This document shows, piece by piece, positions 1 through 9,963 of a stretch of 64,000 nucleotides of DNA. Numbering within the stretch: the stretch's first letter is position 1; every line of letters starts with the position of its first letter. Source of the DNA: an uncultured Candidatus Saccharibacteria bacterium (GTDB lineage: Bacteria > Patescibacteriota > Minisyncoccia > 2-02-FULL-40-12 > GWA2-44-9); assembly GCA_964491455.1 (NCBI GenBank), contig CAZBFM010000001.1, positions 3,053 through 67,052 of the forward strand, written 5' to 3'. Position numbers and translations under genes: made by a program. Under the pieces are notes generated by a model that had not been told where the DNA came from, ran no database searches, and saw nothing but the letters and a program-made list of their open reading frames with translations.

Positions 1-281
1 CCAAGGGTAAGGGATTTGCGGGTGCGGTGAAGCGCCATGGATTCCATGGAGCTCCTGCTTCGCACGGTCACCACCATGTGCTTCGTCACGTCGGTTCGAT
101 CGGACAGCGCTTCCCACAGCACACGCTCAAGGGCAGCCGTGGTCCTGGTCGCGATGGACAGGAGCGTATTGCAGTCCGTGGCTTAAAAGTAGTCGCCGTC
201 GATGTTGAGGCGGGATTGCTTGCAGTTCGTGGCGCCGTTCCTGGTGCCAAGGGTACAATCTTAGAGGTCACCGCAAAATAA
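1..281 (+). CDS. rplC: 50S ribosomal protein L3, C-terminal part (gene starts upstream of window)
   Basis: ORF 27-281 translation matches L3 C-terminus (…GSIGQRFP…KGxxMxG…AVRGAVPGAKG); position before rplD. Confidence 0.8.
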   Translation, partial: KGKGFAGAVKRHGFHGAPASHGHHHVLRHVGSIGQRFPQHTLKGSRGPGRDGQERIAVRGLKVVAVDVEAGLLAVRGAVPGAKGTILEVTAK

Positions 282-285
282 TTCT

Positions 286-945
286 ATGGAGATCAAAGTA
301 TACAACCAGTCAGGCAAAGCCAGTGGCGCAACGGATGCATCCGATGCAGTCTTTGGCGCGGCAATGAACGCCGACCTCGTCTGGCAGGTTGCGACCTCGC
401 AGATGTCCAACAAGCGCCAGGTGTTGGCGCACGCCAAGACTCGCGCAGAAGTGCGTGGTGGTGGAAAGAAGCCATGGAAGCAGAAGGGTACTGGGCGCGC
501 ACGTCACGGTTCTATCCGCAGCCCGATCTGGATTGGTGGTGGAGCCGCGCATGGTCCATCCAAAGATGTGAATTTCAAGAAGACCGTCACCAAGGTTGCC
601 GCACGCGGCGCATTGGCCTCTGTCTTGTCTGCTCGCGTCACCGATGGCAATTTGCTCGTCGTTGATGCATTGGATTTGTCATCTGGCAAAACCAAAGACG
701 GCGTCAAGGCGATTTCAGCACTCACCAAATCGTTCAAGGGCTTCAAGGATGCCAACCGTGTCCTCGTGGTGCTTGCTGGTGGCAAGGACGATGCGATGAC
801 TTTGCGTGCATTGTCGAATCTTCAGAACGTTCAGGCAATCCGTGCACAGGACCTCAATGTGCTCACGGTGCTTGCATTCAGCTACGTGATTGCAACCAAA
901 GAAGCAATTGCGATTGCATCGAAGACATTTTCAATCAAAAAATAA
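286..945 (+). CDS. rplD: 50S ribosomal protein L4
   Basis: 219 aa; L4-like (KRQVLAHAKTRAEVRGGGKKPWKQKGTGRAR); operon order. Confidence 0.9.
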   Translation: MEIKVYNQSGKASGATDASDAVFGAAMNADLVWQVATSQMSNKRQVLAHAKTRAEVRGGGKKPWKQKGTGRARHGSIRSPIWIGGGAAHGPSKDVNFKKTVTKVAARGALASVLSARVTDGNLLVVDALDLSSGKTKDGVKAISALTKSFKGFKDANRVLVVLAGGKDDAMTLRALSNLQNVQAIRAQDLNVLTVLAFSYVIATKEAIAIASKTFSIKK

Positions 946-948
946 GCC

Positions 949-1341
949 ATGGCCTTCAACCTATTCAACAAATCAAAGAAAGAGCCAAAGGCGCCAAAGA
1001 AAGCAGTGGAGGCTGTTGAGGCAACCGAAATCGCATCCACTGACACTGTTTCTATCACCGCACCAGTCGGTTCGGTGTTGAAGCGTTACTTCGTCAGCGA
1101 GAAGAGTGCACGTGGCTTCGCAGTCAACCAGTACACCTTTGTCGTTGATGCCAAAGCTACCAAGACCGAAGTTCGCGATGCAGTCGAGCTCGGATTCAAG
1201 GTTGATGTCGTTTCTGTGAATACGATCAAGCTTCCCGCAAAGAAGATCACGCTTGGACGTTTCAAGGGCACCAAGGGTGGCATTAAGAAGGCAATCGTAA
1301 CCTTGAAGGCAGGGCAGACGATCGCACAAGCACAACCATAA
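949..1341 (+). CDS. rplW: 50S ribosomal protein L23 (with N-terminal extension)
   Basis: 130 aa; C-terminal ~90 aa L23-like (…VSEKS…YTFVVD…KTEVRDAVE…VVSVNT); between L4 and L2. Confidence 0.85.
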   Translation: MAFNLFNKSKKEPKAPKKAVEAVEATEIASTDTVSITAPVGSVLKRYFVSEKSARGFAVNQYTFVVDAKATKTEVRDAVELGFKVDVVSVNTIKLPAKKITLGRFKGTKGGIKKAIVTLKAGQTIAQAQP

Positions 1342-1351
1342 GCGCGAACCC

Positions 1352-2182
1352 ATGATTAAGGATTACAAGCCAACAACTCCATCACGTCGTCATGCACAAG
1401 GCTATGACTTCAGCGATCTCACCAAGGGTGTAAAGCCGCTCAAGAAATTGACGCACGGCAACTTCCGCAGTGTTGGTCGCAACAACCAGGGACGCATCAC
1501 ATCGATGCACCGTGGCGGGGGCGTGAAGCGCTTGTATCGCGACGTCGATTTCAAGCAGAACAAGAAAGACATCCCAGCCAAGGTTGCTACCATTGAATAC
1601 GATCCAAACCGCACGTCACGCATCGCATTGCTCAACTATCGCGACGGAGAGAAGCGCTACATCCTTGCACCAGTCGGCATGGCCGTTGGTGACACCGTGA
1701 TGACCGCAGAAAAGACTCCTGTTCGCCCCGGCAACCGCATGAAGCTCGGCAACATGCCACAGGGTACCATGGTCCACAACGTCGAGATTCGTCTCGGGCA
1801 GGGTGGTATCATCGTCCGCTCGGCAGGTACGGGCGCGATTGTCATGGCACACGACGGTGGCAACACACAGCTCCAGCTCCCATCATCCGAAATGCGTATC
1901 GTTTCCAGTGAGTGCTTTGCATCGATTGGTCAGCTTTCCAACGCAGAGCACGCAAAGGTGTGGCTCGGAAAAGCAGGACGCTCACGCTGGCTCGGTCGCC
2001 GACCAAAGGTGCGCGGAACTGCACAAAACCCCGTTGATCACCCCTATGGTGGAGGAGAAGGTCGCCAAGGTCGTGGTACACGCCGTCCAAAGACGCGTCA
2101 CGGAAAAGTCACGGGTGGACACAAGACCCGCGATCGCAAGAAGAAGTCTTCCTTGTTTATTGTTCGTCGTCGCGTGAAATAA
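1352..2182 (+). CDS. rplB: 50S ribosomal protein L2
   Basis: 276 aa; strong L2 motifs (GRNNQGRITSMHRGGG, VATIEYDPNRTS). Confidence 0.95.
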   Translation: MIKDYKPTTPSRRHAQGYDFSDLTKGVKPLKKLTHGNFRSVGRNNQGRITSMHRGGGVKRLYRDVDFKQNKKDIPAKVATIEYDPNRTSRIALLNYRDGEKRYILAPVGMAVGDTVMTAEKTPVRPGNRMKLGNMPQGTMVHNVEIRLGQGGIIVRSAGTGAIVMAHDGGNTQLQLPSSEMRIVSSECFASIGQLSNAEHAKVWLGKAGRSRWLGRRPKVRGTAQNPVDHPYGGGEGRQGRGTRRPKTRHGKVTGGHKTRDRKKKSSLFIVRRRVK

Positions 2183-2200
2183 TCATACTTACTAAACCCC

Positions 2201-2551
2201 ATGTCACGAAGTCTCAAAAAAGGTCCCTACGTCGACGAGAAGCTCCTCAAAAAGGTTACTGCTTCTAAGGCGGGAGATAAGAAGGTCATCAAGACCTGGG
2301 CGCGAGCATGCACGATTATTCCAGAGTTCATTGGCTTTACCTTCGGTGTTCACAATGGTAGAGTCCACGTTCCGGTCTTGGTCACAGAAGATATGGTTGG
2401 ACACAAGCTCGGCGAATTTTCACACACCAAGAAGTTTACCCGCCACGGTGGAAAGATGCAGAAAGAAGTAGAGATGGCAGCAAAGCAAAAGGAAGTTGAT
2501 GCAGCAAAGGCGGCAAAAGAGCCAGCAGTCGCTGCAGCACCCAAGAAATAA
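2201..2551 (+). CDS. rpsS: 30S ribosomal protein S19 (Lys/Ala-rich C-terminal extension)
   Basis: 116 aa; [12 protein letters not shown]…[17 protein letters not shown]. Confidence 0.9.
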   Translation: MSRSLKKGPYVDEKLLKKVTASKAGDKKVIKTWARACTIIPEFIGFTFGVHNGRVHVPVLVTEDMVGHKLGEFSHTKKFTRHGGKMQKEVEMAAKQKEVDAAKAAKEPAVAAAPKK

Positions 2552-2557
2552 CACCCC

Positions 2558-2995
2558 ATGACACTCGTTACCGCACAACTCAATGGCCTCCGTATGAGCC
2601 CTCGCAAGGTGCGATTGCTCGTCGGTCTTATCAAGAATCGTTCCGTTGCGATTGCTATTGATCAGCTCCAGAACATGACCAAGCGCGCCAGTGGACCATT
2701 GGTGAAGCTTATTGAATCCGCCGTCGCCAACGCTCGCAACAACTTCAAGATCGATGCCGACCGCCTGTTCATCAAGGATATGTGGGTAGACGAGGGTATT
2801 AAGCTCCGCCGTTTCCGCCCGAAGGGATTCGGTCGTGCCAACCCAATCGAGAAGAAGACGAGCCGCGTCAACGTTGTTCTTGAAGATCGCGCACCAAAAG
2901 CTGCTACACCCGTTGCAGTCGAGGCGGACGCGGTTGCCAAGCCAGCTGCGAAGAAGGCGGCACCAAAGAAGCGCACGGTACCAAAAAAAGCATAA
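2558..2995 (+). CDS. rplV: 50S ribosomal protein L22 (C-terminal extension)
   Basis: 145 aa; SPRKVRLLVGLIKNRSV…; operon order. Confidence 0.9.
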   Translation: MTLVTAQLNGLRMSPRKVRLLVGLIKNRSVAIAIDQLQNMTKRASGPLVKLIESAVANARNNFKIDADRLFIKDMWVDEGIKLRRFRPKGFGRANPIEKKTSRVNVVLEDRAPKAATPVAVEADAVAKPAAKKAAPKKRTVPKKA

Positions 2996-3004
2996 CCAAC
3001 GACT

Positions 3005-3655
3005 ATGGGACAGAAAGCATCACCAATATCAATGCGTCTGGGAATTAATCGAGACTGGTCGTCCCGCTGGTTTGGCGGCGCCAAATACCCGATGTTCTTG
3101 CGCGATGACCTCGCGATCCGCGATTTTCTCGCCAAGCGCTTGAAGAATATGGGTGTTGATTCCGTGCTCATCGAGCGTGGCAACAATGCTATTCGTGTCA
3201 CTATTCACTCCGCACGTCCTGGTCTTATCATCGGTCGTGGCGGTGCTGGCATCCAAGAGCTCAACCAGAAGCTCGGCAAGCTCCTCAAGTTCAAATTCCC
3301 CGTGCAGCTCGAAGTCACAGAAGTAAAGAACCCGGATGCATCTGCCGCTGTTGTTGCAGAGCACATCATTGAGCAGATTGAGAAGCGCACACCGTATCGT
3401 CGTATCTTGAAGATGACCATGCAGAAGATCATGGCGAGCCGCGATGTCAAAGGTGCCAAGCTTCAGATGTCTGGTCGTTTGGATGGTGCTGAAATCGCAC
3501 GCTTGGAGCACATGGAAGAGGGGGCTCTCCCATTGCAGACGCTCCGCGCCAATGTTGATTTCGTTCGGGCAACAGCACACACCACCTACGGAACGATCGG
3601 TATCAAGGTGTGGATTTATAAGGGCAACATTTTTGATAGCGAAGCTCATTCCTAA
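3005..3655 (+). CDS. rpsC: 30S ribosomal protein S3
   Basis: 216 aa; MGQKASPISMRLGINRDW…KH domain. Confidence 0.95.
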   Translation: MGQKASPISMRLGINRDWSSRWFGGAKYPMFLRDDLAIRDFLAKRLKNMGVDSVLIERGNNAIRVTIHSARPGLIIGRGGAGIQELNQKLGKLLKFKFPVQLEVTEVKNPDASAAVVAEHIIEQIEKRTPYRRILKMTMQKIMASRDVKGAKLQMSGRLDGAEIARLEHMEEGALPLQTLRANVDFVRATAHTTYGTIGIKVWIYKGNIFDSEAHS

Positions 3656-3667
3656 GCAACTACTACC

Positions 3668-4072
3668 ATGTTACAGCCAAGCCGCGTAAAACACACAAAA
3701 GTACACAAGGGACGTCTGAAGACGCAGTCTTCACGCGGGACGACACTTGCCTTTGGATCCTACGGACTCAAAGCAATGGAATCCTCCTGGGTACGTGCCA
3801 ATCAGCTCGAGTCTGCTCGTCGTGCAATGTCACGCTTGTTTGCTCGCGCCGGTAAGGTGTGGATTCGCGTCTTCCCCGATTTACCTCGTACAGCGAAGTC
3901 CGCTGAGGTCGGTATGGGAGGTGGACGTGGTGCATTGAGTCACTTCGTTGCAGTGGTTGAGGCAGGCCGCGTGCTCTTCGAGGTGGATGGCGTCACCGAG
4001 CAGGTTGCTCGACAGGCACTCCGTCTTGCAGCGCACAAGCTTCCGATTAAGACGCAGTTCGTGAAGCGATAA
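3668..4072 (+). CDS. rplP: 50S ribosomal protein L16
   Basis: 134 aa; MLQPSRVKHTKVHKGR…. Confidence 0.95.
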   Translation: MLQPSRVKHTKVHKGRLKTQSSRGTTLAFGSYGLKAMESSWVRANQLESARRAMSRLFARAGKVWIRVFPDLPRTAKSAEVGMGGGRGALSHFVAVVEAGRVLFEVDGVTEQVARQALRLAAHKLPIKTQFVKR

Positions 4073-4081
4073 TTTTGAATC

Positions 4082-4267
4082 ATGAAGAACATCAAGCTCA
4101 CAACCCTTAGCGCAACCGAACTCCAGACCATGCTGGCCGATGCACGCGCGAAGATTTCCCAGATGCGATTTGACCTTGCAGACAAGAAGCTCAAGCGCAC
4201 CAGCGATATGCAGGCGACTCGTCGTCTTGTCGCACGCGTGATGACCGCTTTGAAGACTGCAAAATAA
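4082..4267 (+). CDS. rpmC: 50S ribosomal protein L29
   Basis: 61 aa; helical, operon position between L16 and S17. Confidence 0.85.
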   Translation: MKNIKLTTLSATELQTMLADARAKISQMRFDLADKKLKRTSDMQATRRLVARVMTALKTAK

Positions 4268-4275
4268 TTACGACT

Positions 4276-4536
4276 ATGACCAAAGAATCTGTACAACCCA
4301 AGAAGATCCGTACCCTCAAGGGTCTTGTCGTGAGTGATAAGATGACCAAGACGGTTGTCGTCGAGGTGACGCGCTTGAAGAAGAACGCAAAGTACCAGAA
4401 GTACTTCAAGGTCTCCACTCGCTACAAAGCACACGACGAAAAGGGCGAGTATCACACGGGTGATAAGGTCGTCATCAGCGAGACCAAGCCTATGTCACGA
4501 GACAAGCGCTGGATTGTAACCGAGAAGATTTCGTAA
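4276..4536 (+). CDS. rpsQ: 30S ribosomal protein S17
   Basis: 86 aa; …[18 protein letters not shown]…. Confidence 0.9.
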   Translation: MTKESVQPKKIRTLKGLVVSDKMTKTVVVEVTRLKKNAKYQKYFKVSTRYKAHDEKGEYHTGDKVVISETKPMSRDKRWIVTEKIS

Positions 4537-4546
4537 ATTTACCGCC

Positions 4547-4912
4547 ATGCTACAACCACGATCAATTGTAAATGTTGCAGATAACACCGGAGCAAAGCGC
4601 GTCGGAGTGTTCAAGGTGCTCGGTGGTACGCGACGTCGCTACGCCCAGATCGGCGATATCGTTGTTGTGTCAGTCAAAGTTGCTGAGCCACGCAAGGCAG
4701 TAAAGAAGAAGGACATTCTCAAGGCAGTGGTGGTCCGTCAGAAAGCGCCATGGCGCCGGAAGGACGGCACCGTCATTCGATTCGATGATAACGCCGTTGT
4801 TATCTTGGATGGAAAAGAGCCAAAGGGTGGACGTATTTTCGGACCCATACCCCGTGAGATTAAGGACAAAGGATTCCAAACGATTGCATCGCTTGCACCT
4901 GAACTCGTCTAA
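4547..4912 (+). CDS. rplN: 50S ribosomal protein L14
   Basis: 121 aa; [17 protein letters not shown]…. Confidence 0.95.
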   Translation: MLQPRSIVNVADNTGAKRVGVFKVLGGTRRRYAQIGDIVVVSVKVAEPRKAVKKKDILKAVVVRQKAPWRRKDGTVIRFDDNAVVILDGKEPKGGRIFGPIPREIKDKGFQTIASLAPELV

Positions 4913-4922
4913 TATTGAACAC

Positions 4923-5234
4923 ATGAAGATCAAGAAAGGAGACAAAGTAATAATGTTGGGAGGCAAAGACCGATCAAAGACCGGTTCGGTGATGCGCACC
5001 GATCCATCGACGAATCGCGTGATTGTCGAAGGGCTCAACATGGTGAAGCGTCACAAGCGTGCAACGAAGCAGGGCCAGAAGGGACAGATCGTTGCCGTCG
5101 AGCGTTGGGTGGCTGCAGCAGGCGTCGCGGTGGTCAACAAAGACACCGGTAAGCCAGCACGCATCGGTTGGGAAGTGTCCAAGGATGGCTCAACGAAGAC
5201 CCGTATCGATCGCAAAACCAAAACGGTTCTCTAA
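4923..5234 (+). CDS. rplX: 50S ribosomal protein L24
   Basis: ATG at 4923 (MKIKKGDKVIMLGGKDRSKTG…, KOW motif) inside longer ORF 4785-5234. Confidence 0.85.
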   Translation: MKIKKGDKVIMLGGKDRSKTGSVMRTDPSTNRVIVEGLNMVKRHKRATKQGQKGQIVAVERWVAAAGVAVVNKDTGKPARIGWEVSKDGSTKTRIDRKTKTVL

Positions 5235-5279
5235 GAGAATCTTTACAGAATCATAAAAGCTAGTATACTATATCCTCGC

Positions 5280-5819
5280 ATGCCACGTTTACTCGACAAC
5301 TACCGAAAGACCGTCGCTCCCGCCCTGCGGAAGGAGTTTAGCATTGCCAATGTTATGGCGGTGCCAAAGATTTCCAAGATCACCGTCAACATCGGTGTGG
5401 GCAAGGCATCCAAGAATTCTGGTGCAGTCGAGAAGATCGAACGAGATCTCGCCATGATTACGGGACAGAAGCCATCTGCTCGCAAAGCGAAGAAGTCTAT
5501 TGCTAGCTTCAAGCTGCGTGAGGGTACGGTGGTTGGCTACACGGTCACCTTGCGTGGCACTCGTATGTGGGATTTCTTGGATCGATTTATGTCGTTGGCG
5601 CTTCCATTGTCACGTGACTTCCGCGGTATTGATGCGAAGAACTTTGATCGCGACGGTAACCTCAATATTGGTATTCGCGAGCACAGCATCTTCCCCGAGG
5701 TCAACCTTGAGAACGTCAAAGATATTTTTAGCCTCCAAGTAACCATCACAACCACCGCAGGAAATCGCGAGCAGGGAATTGTATTGCTCCGCGGCCTCGG
5801 TTTCCCTTTGAAGAAATAA
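5280..5819 (+). CDS. rplE: 50S ribosomal protein L5
   Basis: 179 aa; L5 signature. Confidence 0.95.
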   Translation: MPRLLDNYRKTVAPALRKEFSIANVMAVPKISKITVNIGVGKASKNSGAVEKIERDLAMITGQKPSARKAKKSIASFKLREGTVVGYTVTLRGTRMWDFLDRFMSLALPLSRDFRGIDAKNFDRDGNLNIGIREHSIFPEVNLENVKDIFSLQVTITTTAGNREQGIVLLRGLGFPLKK

Positions 5820-5823
5820 TCAC

Positions 5824-6009
5824 ATGGCCAAGACTTCATCTACAGCACGCAGTAATAAGAAGCCAAAGTTCAGTACCCGCAAGGTGAACCGTTGTTTCCG
5901 TTGCGGTCGTTCACGCTTCTACATTGGCAAGGTTCAGTTGTGCCGTATTTGTTTCCGAGAGTTGGCCAATGATGGTTTGCTCCCCGGTATTCGTAAATCG
6001 TCTTGGTAA
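5824..6009 (+). CDS. rpsN: 30S ribosomal protein S14 type Z (zinc-binding, CxxC…CxxC)
   Basis: 61 aa; RCFRCGR…CRICFRE. Confidence 0.9.
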   Translation: MAKTSSTARSNKKPKFSTRKVNRCFRCGRSRFYIGKVQLCRICFRELANDGLLPGIRKSSW

Positions 6010-6023
6010 TATATTTTTGAACT

Positions 6024-6422
6024 ATGGACCCTATTTCTGACATGATGAATCGGATCAAGAACGCTCAGGCGGTAGATCATGAGCGCGTCTCGATCCCATT
6101 CTCCAACGTAAAGCTCCAGATCGCACAGATTCTTAGCGATGCAGGTTTTGTCGCGGGATTCGAGCGCACCAAGAAGAAGGCAAAGCGCGCAGAGCTCGAC
6201 TATATTGAGGTCGTACTCAAATACAACGCAGGCGAGGGTGCAATCTCTGGTCTTCGTATCATCAGCCGACCAAGCCGCCACATCTACATCAAGGCAAGTG
6301 AGATCAAGCCTGTGCGCTCGGGATACGGCTCCGCAATTGTTTCTACTTCCCAAGGCATCATGACATCACAGGCAGCACGCAAGGCTGGCTTGGGTGGAGA
6401 AGTACTGTTTGAAATCTGGTAA
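6024..6422 (+). CDS. rpsH: 30S ribosomal protein S8
   Basis: 132 aa; MDPISDMMNRIKNA…. Confidence 0.95.
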   Translation: MDPISDMMNRIKNAQAVDHERVSIPFSNVKLQIAQILSDAGFVAGFERTKKKAKRAELDYIEVVLKYNAGEGAISGLRIISRPSRHIYIKASEIKPVRSGYGSAIVSTSQGIMTSQAARKAGLGGEVLFEIW

Positions 6423-6464
6423 CGTTGGAGGCCAACAGAAATCCCCACTTTATTCCATACACTC

Positions 6465-7013
6465 ATGTCTAAAATCGGAAAAAAACCTATCGCAATCCCA
6501 TCCGGCGTCACCGTCGAGCTCAACGACGCTTCCATCGTGGTGAAGGGTCCCAAGGGAACGCTCTCTCGCACACTCTCCAAGGGTGTTAGCGTTGAGGTCA
6601 AAGACAATATGGTGCTCGTCTCGCTTCCGATGGAGAATCCAACGCGCGATGACGGTGCTCAGTGGGGTCTCTGGCGTGCACTCATCAACAACATGCTCAT
6701 TGGTGTCAGTACGGGTTGGTCTACGGATCTTATCTTCCAGGGTGTTGGATACAAGGCCATCGTGAAGGGCAATGATCTTGAGCTCTCGCTCGGCTACAGC
6801 CACACGATTGATATCAAGGCACCAGAAGGCATCACCTTTACCGTTGAGAAGACCAACATCAAAGTATCCGGCATCGACAAAGAGCTTGTTGGCCACGTTG
6901 CATCACTCATCCGTTCCAAGCGCTTGCCCGAGCCATACAAGGGAAGTGGTATCCGCTATGCTGATGAGATCATCAAGAAGAAAGCCGGTAAGAAAGCTGC
7001 AACCGCTGCATAA
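6465..7013 (+). CDS. rplF: 50S ribosomal protein L6
   Basis: 182 aa; MSKIGKKPIAIPSGVTV…. Confidence 0.95.
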   Translation: MSKIGKKPIAIPSGVTVELNDASIVVKGPKGTLSRTLSKGVSVEVKDNMVLVSLPMENPTRDDGAQWGLWRALINNMLIGVSTGWSTDLIFQGVGYKAIVKGNDLELSLGYSHTIDIKAPEGITFTVEKTNIKVSGIDKELVGHVASLIRSKRLPEPYKGSGIRYADEIIKKKAGKKAATAA

Positions 7014-7027
7014 CACAACGCGAATCC

Positions 7028-7384
7028 ATGACTGACATCAATATCTCAAAACGCAATAATCGCAGTCGTCGCCAGGCCCGTGGGCGTGCAAAGCTTTCTG
7101 GCACCGCCGAGCGTCCTCGCGTGACGGTGTTCAAGAGCAACACGCATGTGTATGCGCAGGCCGTCGATGATGTCACAGGTGTTACGCTCGCCGCAGTCAA
7201 CGATGCACACGTTGCAAAGAAGGGAACCAAGACAGAACGAGCAACCATCGCAGGCACGAAGCTCGCAGAATTATTGAAAGAGAAGAAGATCACCACCGTT
7301 ATTTTCGACAAAGCAGGATTTACCTATCACGGCCGTATTAAAGCAGTCGCCGAGGCAATGCGCGCTGCGGGTATCACCGTCTAA
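7028..7384 (+). CDS. rplR: 50S ribosomal protein L18
   Basis: 118 aa; …RPRVTVFKSNTHVYAQ…. Confidence 0.9.
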   Translation: MTDINISKRNNRSRRQARGRAKLSGTAERPRVTVFKSNTHVYAQAVDDVTGVTLAAVNDAHVAKKGTKTERATIAGTKLAELLKEKKITTVIFDKAGFTYHGRIKAVAEAMRAAGITV

Positions 7385-7388
7385 TACT

Positions 7389-8006
7389 ATGGATGAGAAC
7401 ACGATCAACAACCAGCCAGTAGCTCCCGTCGCTGCACCAGCAGGGGACGCACCAACAGCAGCAGAACCAATGCGCCCAATGCGCGGTGGCCGCTTTGGCA
7501 CACGCGGTGGCCGCACCGGAGCTGGTGGTCGCCCAGGTGGCCGCGGTCCTCGTCGCGATCGTCCAACAGAGAAGCCTGAATTTGATCAGAAGACCCTCGA
7601 AATCGCACGCGTTGCTCGCGTTACCAAGGGTGGAAAGCGCTTTAGCTTCCGCGCAACCGTCGTTGCCGGCAACGGCAAGGGCAAGGTTGGCATCGGTACG
7701 GCCAAGGGTCGCGATGTGCAGCAGTCCATCCAGAAGGCATACCATCAGGCAAAAAAGAACCTTACTCCTGTTATCACCAAAGACGGCACCATCCCATACC
7801 AGGTGGAAGGCAAGTACTCGAGCGCAACGGTTATCCTCAAGCCATCTAAGTCTGGTATTAAGGCAGGAGGAGCTGTTCGTGTCGTGGCACAGATGGCTGG
7901 AATCAGTGGATTGACTGGTAAGCTCACAGGCCGCACCAACAACAAGATCAACATCGCGCGCGCAACGATGCTCGCATTGTCCAAGATCCGAACCAAGACC
8001 AAATAA
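7389..8006 (+). CDS. rpsE: 30S ribosomal protein S5 (Arg/Gly-rich N-terminal extension)
   Basis: 205 aa; …VARVTKGGKRFSFRATVVAGNGKGKVG…. Confidence 0.9.
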   Translation: MDENTINNQPVAPVAAPAGDAPTAAEPMRPMRGGRFGTRGGRTGAGGRPGGRGPRRDRPTEKPEFDQKTLEIARVARVTKGGKRFSFRATVVAGNGKGKVGIGTAKGRDVQQSIQKAYHQAKKNLTPVITKDGTIPYQVEGKYSSATVILKPSKSGIKAGGAVRVVAQMAGISGLTGKLTGRTNNKINIARATMLALSKIRTKTK

Positions 8007-8016
8007 TTATTCACCC

Positions 8017-8493
8017 ATGCAGCTTTCTACTCTCAAAGCAAAACATCCCCGCAAGAGTCCAAAACGTATTGGACGCGGTGGAAAGCGCGGTACAACGTCC
8101 GGTAAGGGAACCAAAGGTCAGTCTTCACGTGCCGGTGCGAGCACTCGCGCAGGATTTCGTGGTGGCGACAACCGTATCTGGCAGTTGTTCCCCAAGCAGC
8201 GTGGTGCATCATCCAAGCCCGGCAACAAGAGCCCTCACCGCAAGCATCGCTACTATTCTATCCGCCGCTACAAGCCATGGGAGCTCAACCTCCGCGCGCT
8301 TGAAGTATTCAAGGATGGCGATGTCGTTTCTCTCGCATCGTTGATTGAAAAGAAAGTACTTCCTGAAGCAGCAACCGTGGTAAAGATTCTCGCCACCGGT
8401 GAGCTCAATCGCAAATTGTCATTCTCGGGTGTGCTCATGTCGGCAACGGCCCGTGCAAAGATCGAAAAAGCAGGCGGCACCATTCTCGAGTAA
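8017..8493 (+). CDS. rplO: 50S ribosomal protein L15
   Basis: 158 aa; starts 11 nt after rpsE stop, so no L30 gene lies between them. Confidence 0.9.
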   Translation: MQLSTLKAKHPRKSPKRIGRGGKRGTTSGKGTKGQSSRAGASTRAGFRGGDNRIWQLFPKQRGASSKPGNKSPHRKHRYYSIRRYKPWELNLRALEVFKDGDVVSLASLIEKKVLPEAATVVKILATGELNRKLSFSGVLMSATARAKIEKAGGTILE

Positions 8494-8542
8494 GCTAGTC
8501 AACTTGCGAGCCTGTGCCGGTTCAGTATCATAGCCACATTCT

Positions 8543-9802
8543 ATGAACATTATTTCTCAGATATTCCGTCGCCCAGAAATTCGCAACAAGGTGCTGTTCA
8601 TTCTTGCGTTGCTTGCCGTCGCGCAGCTCGCACACAGCATTCCTATTCCTGCTGTTGATACCACGAAGCTCCGTGACTTCATGAGCCAAAATGCGCTCTT
8701 CGGTTTGTATGGAACCTTCACCGGTGGCTCGCTTTCGACGTTGTCGATTGCAATGCTCGGTCTTGGACCTTACATCACCGCTAGCATCATCATGCAGTTG
8801 TTGACCATGATTTTTCCGTCACTTGAGCAGATGTACAAGTACGAAGGAGAGGCGGGTCGCACACGTTTTAATCAATTCAGTCGCTTACTTACCGTTCCGC
8901 TCGCCATGGTGCAGGGGTATGGTTTTTTGGCGATTCTCCAGCGACAAGATGTTATTGCTGGTCTCTCGGGTCTTCACATGCTTTCGTCGCTGATCATTAT
9001 CACCGCAGGTAGTGTGTTCTTGATGTGGCTCGGAGAGCTCATCACCGAGAAGAATCTTGGCAACGGAACCTCGCTGCTCATCTTGGCGGGTATCGTATCG
9101 CAGTTCCCACAGAGTATTCAGCAGGCGATCTTCACCTACACACCGGATCAGTTGTTTACCTACATCGCATTCGTGTTGGTCGGCCTAGCGGTCATCGCAG
9201 GCGTTGTCTTTATCTCCGAAGCTCAGCGCAATATCCCCATCAACTACGCACGTCGTGTCCGTGGCATGAAGCAGTACGGGGGAGTATCGACGTATCTTCC
9301 GATGCGCGTCAACAACGCCGGTGTGATTCCAATCATCTTCGCGCTTTCGCTCCTCTTGTTCCCTGGCATCATCGCCAACTTCTTGACCGCATCGAAGATC
9401 GTCTCGGTGGCTAAGGTTGCAACGATGGTGAGTCAGGTCCTTCAGAACCAGCTCGTCTACGGTATCTTCTACTTTGTATTGGTGGTCTTGTTCACGTATT
9501 TCTACACCGCCATCACCTTTGATCCCAAGAGTATCGCCGAAAACATCCAGAAGCAGGGAGGTTACATTCCTGGCATCCGCCCTGGTGCACAGACGACGCA
9601 GTTCTTACATCATCTCCTCAATCGAGTCACGCTCGTCGGTGCAATCTTCTTGGGCACTATTGCTGTCTTGCCAAATGTGGTCCAAGGATTCACTGGTATC
9701 ACTGCCTTCACAGTAGGAGGTACTTCGATCTTGATTGTAGTCTCCGTCGCTTTGGAAATCATGAAGCAAGTGCAGGCCCAGCTGTCGCTGTATGAGTATT
9801 AA
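8543..9802 (+). CDS. secY: preprotein translocase subunit SecY
   Basis: 419 aa, 10 TM-like segments, SecY motifs; follows rplO. Confidence 0.95.
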   Translation: MNIISQIFRRPEIRNKVLFILALLAVAQLAHSIPIPAVDTTKLRDFMSQNALFGLYGTFTGGSLSTLSIAMLGLGPYITASIIMQLLTMIFPSLEQMYKYEGEAGRTRFNQFSRLLTVPLAMVQGYGFLAILQRQDVIAGLSGLHMLSSLIIITAGSVFLMWLGELITEKNLGNGTSLLILAGIVSQFPQSIQQAIFTYTPDQLFTYIAFVLVGLAVIAGVVFISEAQRNIPINYARRVRGMKQYGGVSTYLPMRVNNAGVIPIIFALSLLLFPGIIANFLTASKIVSVAKVATMVSQVLQNQLVYGIFYFVLVVLFTYFYTAITFDPKSIAENIQKQGGYIPGIRPGAQTTQFLHHLLNRVTLVGAIFLGTIAVLPNVVQGFTGITAFTVGGTSILIVVSVALEIMKQVQAQLSLYEY

Positions 9803-9818
9803 GTAGCTCTCGCTCGAA

Positions 9819-9842
9819 AAGGCCCCGAAAGGGGCTTTTTTG
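9819..9842 (+). terminator. intrinsic terminator after secY (ggccccgaaaggggc + T-run)
   Basis: GC hairpin followed by 7 T. Confidence 0.6.
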
Positions 9843-9880
9843 GTGGAAAAATGGGGTTTGGAGGGGATATTGACAAAATG

Positions 9881-9911
9881 GTTTTAGTATGCTATCATGT
9901 ATCTACCAAGC
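9881..9911 (+). promoter_or_regulatory. sigma70-like promoter (TTGACA-N17-TATCAT)
   Basis: consensus -35 and near-consensus -10 about 50 nt upstream of AAGAAAGAGAGAG RBS and the ATG at 9964. Confidence 0.5.
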
Positions 9912-9963
9912 TCGGGTTAGGCATCCCGTCGAAACCCCTTGAAAACCAAGAAAGAGAGAGAGT

